Of a DNA stretch of 64,000 nt, positions 62,770 through 64,000 are shown piece by piece; positions within the stretch are counted from its first letter, which is position 1, and every line of letters starts with the position of its first letter. This DNA comes from Selaginella moellendorffii. Lineage: Eukaryota > Plantae > Lycopodiophyta. A program made the translations under genes and the position numbers. The notes below the pieces were generated by a model. The model was given only the letters and a program-made list of their open reading frames with translations, was not told where the DNA came from and searched no databases. Where the stretch lies: positions 9,172 to 73,171 of the forward strand of contig NW_003314349.1 of assembly GCF_000143415.4 (NCBI RefSeq), given 5' to 3'.

Positions 62770-63210
62770 TTTTTCGTTTCAGATGTGGAGGAAGATCGAA
62801 GTTACAGCAGTATGAATCCAGCTCTAGGAAAGTAGCTTCTTCTTCTAAACTGCTTCCACACCGAGCTTATAAAAAGAAAGTGAATTTAAAACCTACAAAG
62901 CTTTGAGCTTTAGAAAGAAAATCAAAAGACAACTATTCTAGAGCACGCTGGAACACAAGATCAATAGAAAAGCTTTGGCAATTTCTTACCAAAGCACCAC
63001 CTATTGCAAGAACTTATTAGAAAGTAAAACAAAAAAGAGAGACTTTAGCGTTCCAGGAAAAAGCTCATTTACTAATCATAAACCTATATAAACAGCATAA
63101 AACAAGAATTTTTTATGACGATCAAATTGATGAAAATAAAAGTCTGAGATGGCAACCACCTGTACCCTAATTTTTGACACGTAGTGCGCGACACGTAAGC
63201 GTGCGCCCTA

Positions 63211-63257
63211 TCCCACATGCGAAGGCGCAGAATCGTGCCGGGGCTTGAGTATATAAA
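63211..63257 (+). promoter_or_regulatory. Plant snRNA promoter: USE plus TATA
   Basis: TCCCACATGC at 63211 and TATATAAA at 63250. Confidence 0.88.
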
Positions 63258-63281
63258 GAGAGGGCTGGGCATAGGAAACTC

Positions 63282-63475
63282 ATACCTTTCTCGGCCTTTT
63301 GGCTAAGATCAAGTGTAGTATCTGTTCTTATCAGTTTAATAGCTGATATGGGACCACGTGTCCCAACGCTATTAACCTAATTTTTTGTGGGAGGGGGGCC
63401 ACCGGTAGCTTGCTACCCGGTCCTCCACGTGTCGCTTTGGTCTTACACTATCGCCTTAGCCTGGCACAACCCAAC
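63282..63475 (+). ncRNA. U2: U2 snRNA (second copy)
   Basis: Near-identical to the 43310-43502 copy, with canonical 5' end, GTAGTA and Sm site. Confidence 0.96.
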
Positions 63476-63604
63476 CCCCCCAAATTTTAAACTCAAGAAG
63501 CATTATTAGTCTTTGTTGTGGCTTACGAACACCGGTTCTCTTGAAAGGAAACGCCCTGAAATAAAACTATGGCGAAACGCGCATCACATTTGAGGGCTGG
63601 ATTC

Positions 63605-64000
63605 CCATGGGCCAAGTCGGTTTGCCAGCAAGCGCCATATGGTCTCGGAGAGGACGCTCGTCGAGGCGAGCATTCCAGATAAGATGTCCTGACCCAAGCT
63701 TCTTCTCGTCTGTGGTTCATAGCTTGGCGGCCGCTGAGCTCGCCATGGGGCTCCCAGAGCTCTGGAGCTCGACGTGAAGCGCTACAAGCTGCTGCTCTAC
63801 GAGGCTGGAGGACACTTCAAAAGTTCCACACGGAGAAGGAAGCTGGGATGTTTGCAACAGTGATCGTCCAGCTCGCGGTCCGCGCAGCTCCAGCAACTAC
63901 CTCTTGACTATCTTCTTTTGCGGCTGCGAGCACCAGCTCGAGGAAGTTACTGGCGGATCGAGGCTGTGCCTGGACGTGGAGTTCATTTGTGTCTTCGGTG
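63605..64000 (+). pseudogene. 2OG-Fe(II) oxygenase-like pseudogene
   Basis: Across frameshifts: CQQAPYGLGE, YKLLLYEAGGHFK, TEKEAGMFATVIVQL, FFCGCEHQLEEVTGGSRLCL. The HxD motif is disrupted. Confidence 0.7.

Overview
Eukaryotic nuclear DNA from a plant with a very compact genome. The ~50-60 bp introns, short intergenic spacers and PLS-type PPR fragments suggest a lycophyte such as Selaginella (inference, not verified). The window has two sharply different halves. Bases 1-40.5 kb are a decayed, nested transposon field: a Cassandra-like TRIM whose LTRs carry a 5S rRNA-like promoter segment, two inverted copies of a short-LTR Ty3/gypsy element, a MITE, a complete hAT element with 8-bp TSD interrupted by a solo LTR, and a chromovirus fragment. 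One intact DAD1-like phospholipase A1 gene and several gene fragments (PLA1, PPR, SNF2) lie within it. Bases 40.7-64 kb are gene-dense: HINT3-like, tRNA-Val, U2 snRNA, Asterix, ATG8, tRNA-Gln, GnTI, CYP704, PV42-like CBS protein, eIF3h, MAD2, ubiquitin-S27a, a GH1 beta-glucosidase plus a decayed duplicate, tRNA-Phe, a second U2 and a broken 2OG-Fe(II) oxygenase. Assembly gaps lie at 15246-16091, 24777-24876 and 40570-40674. Gene models were spliced by eye and no database searches were run.
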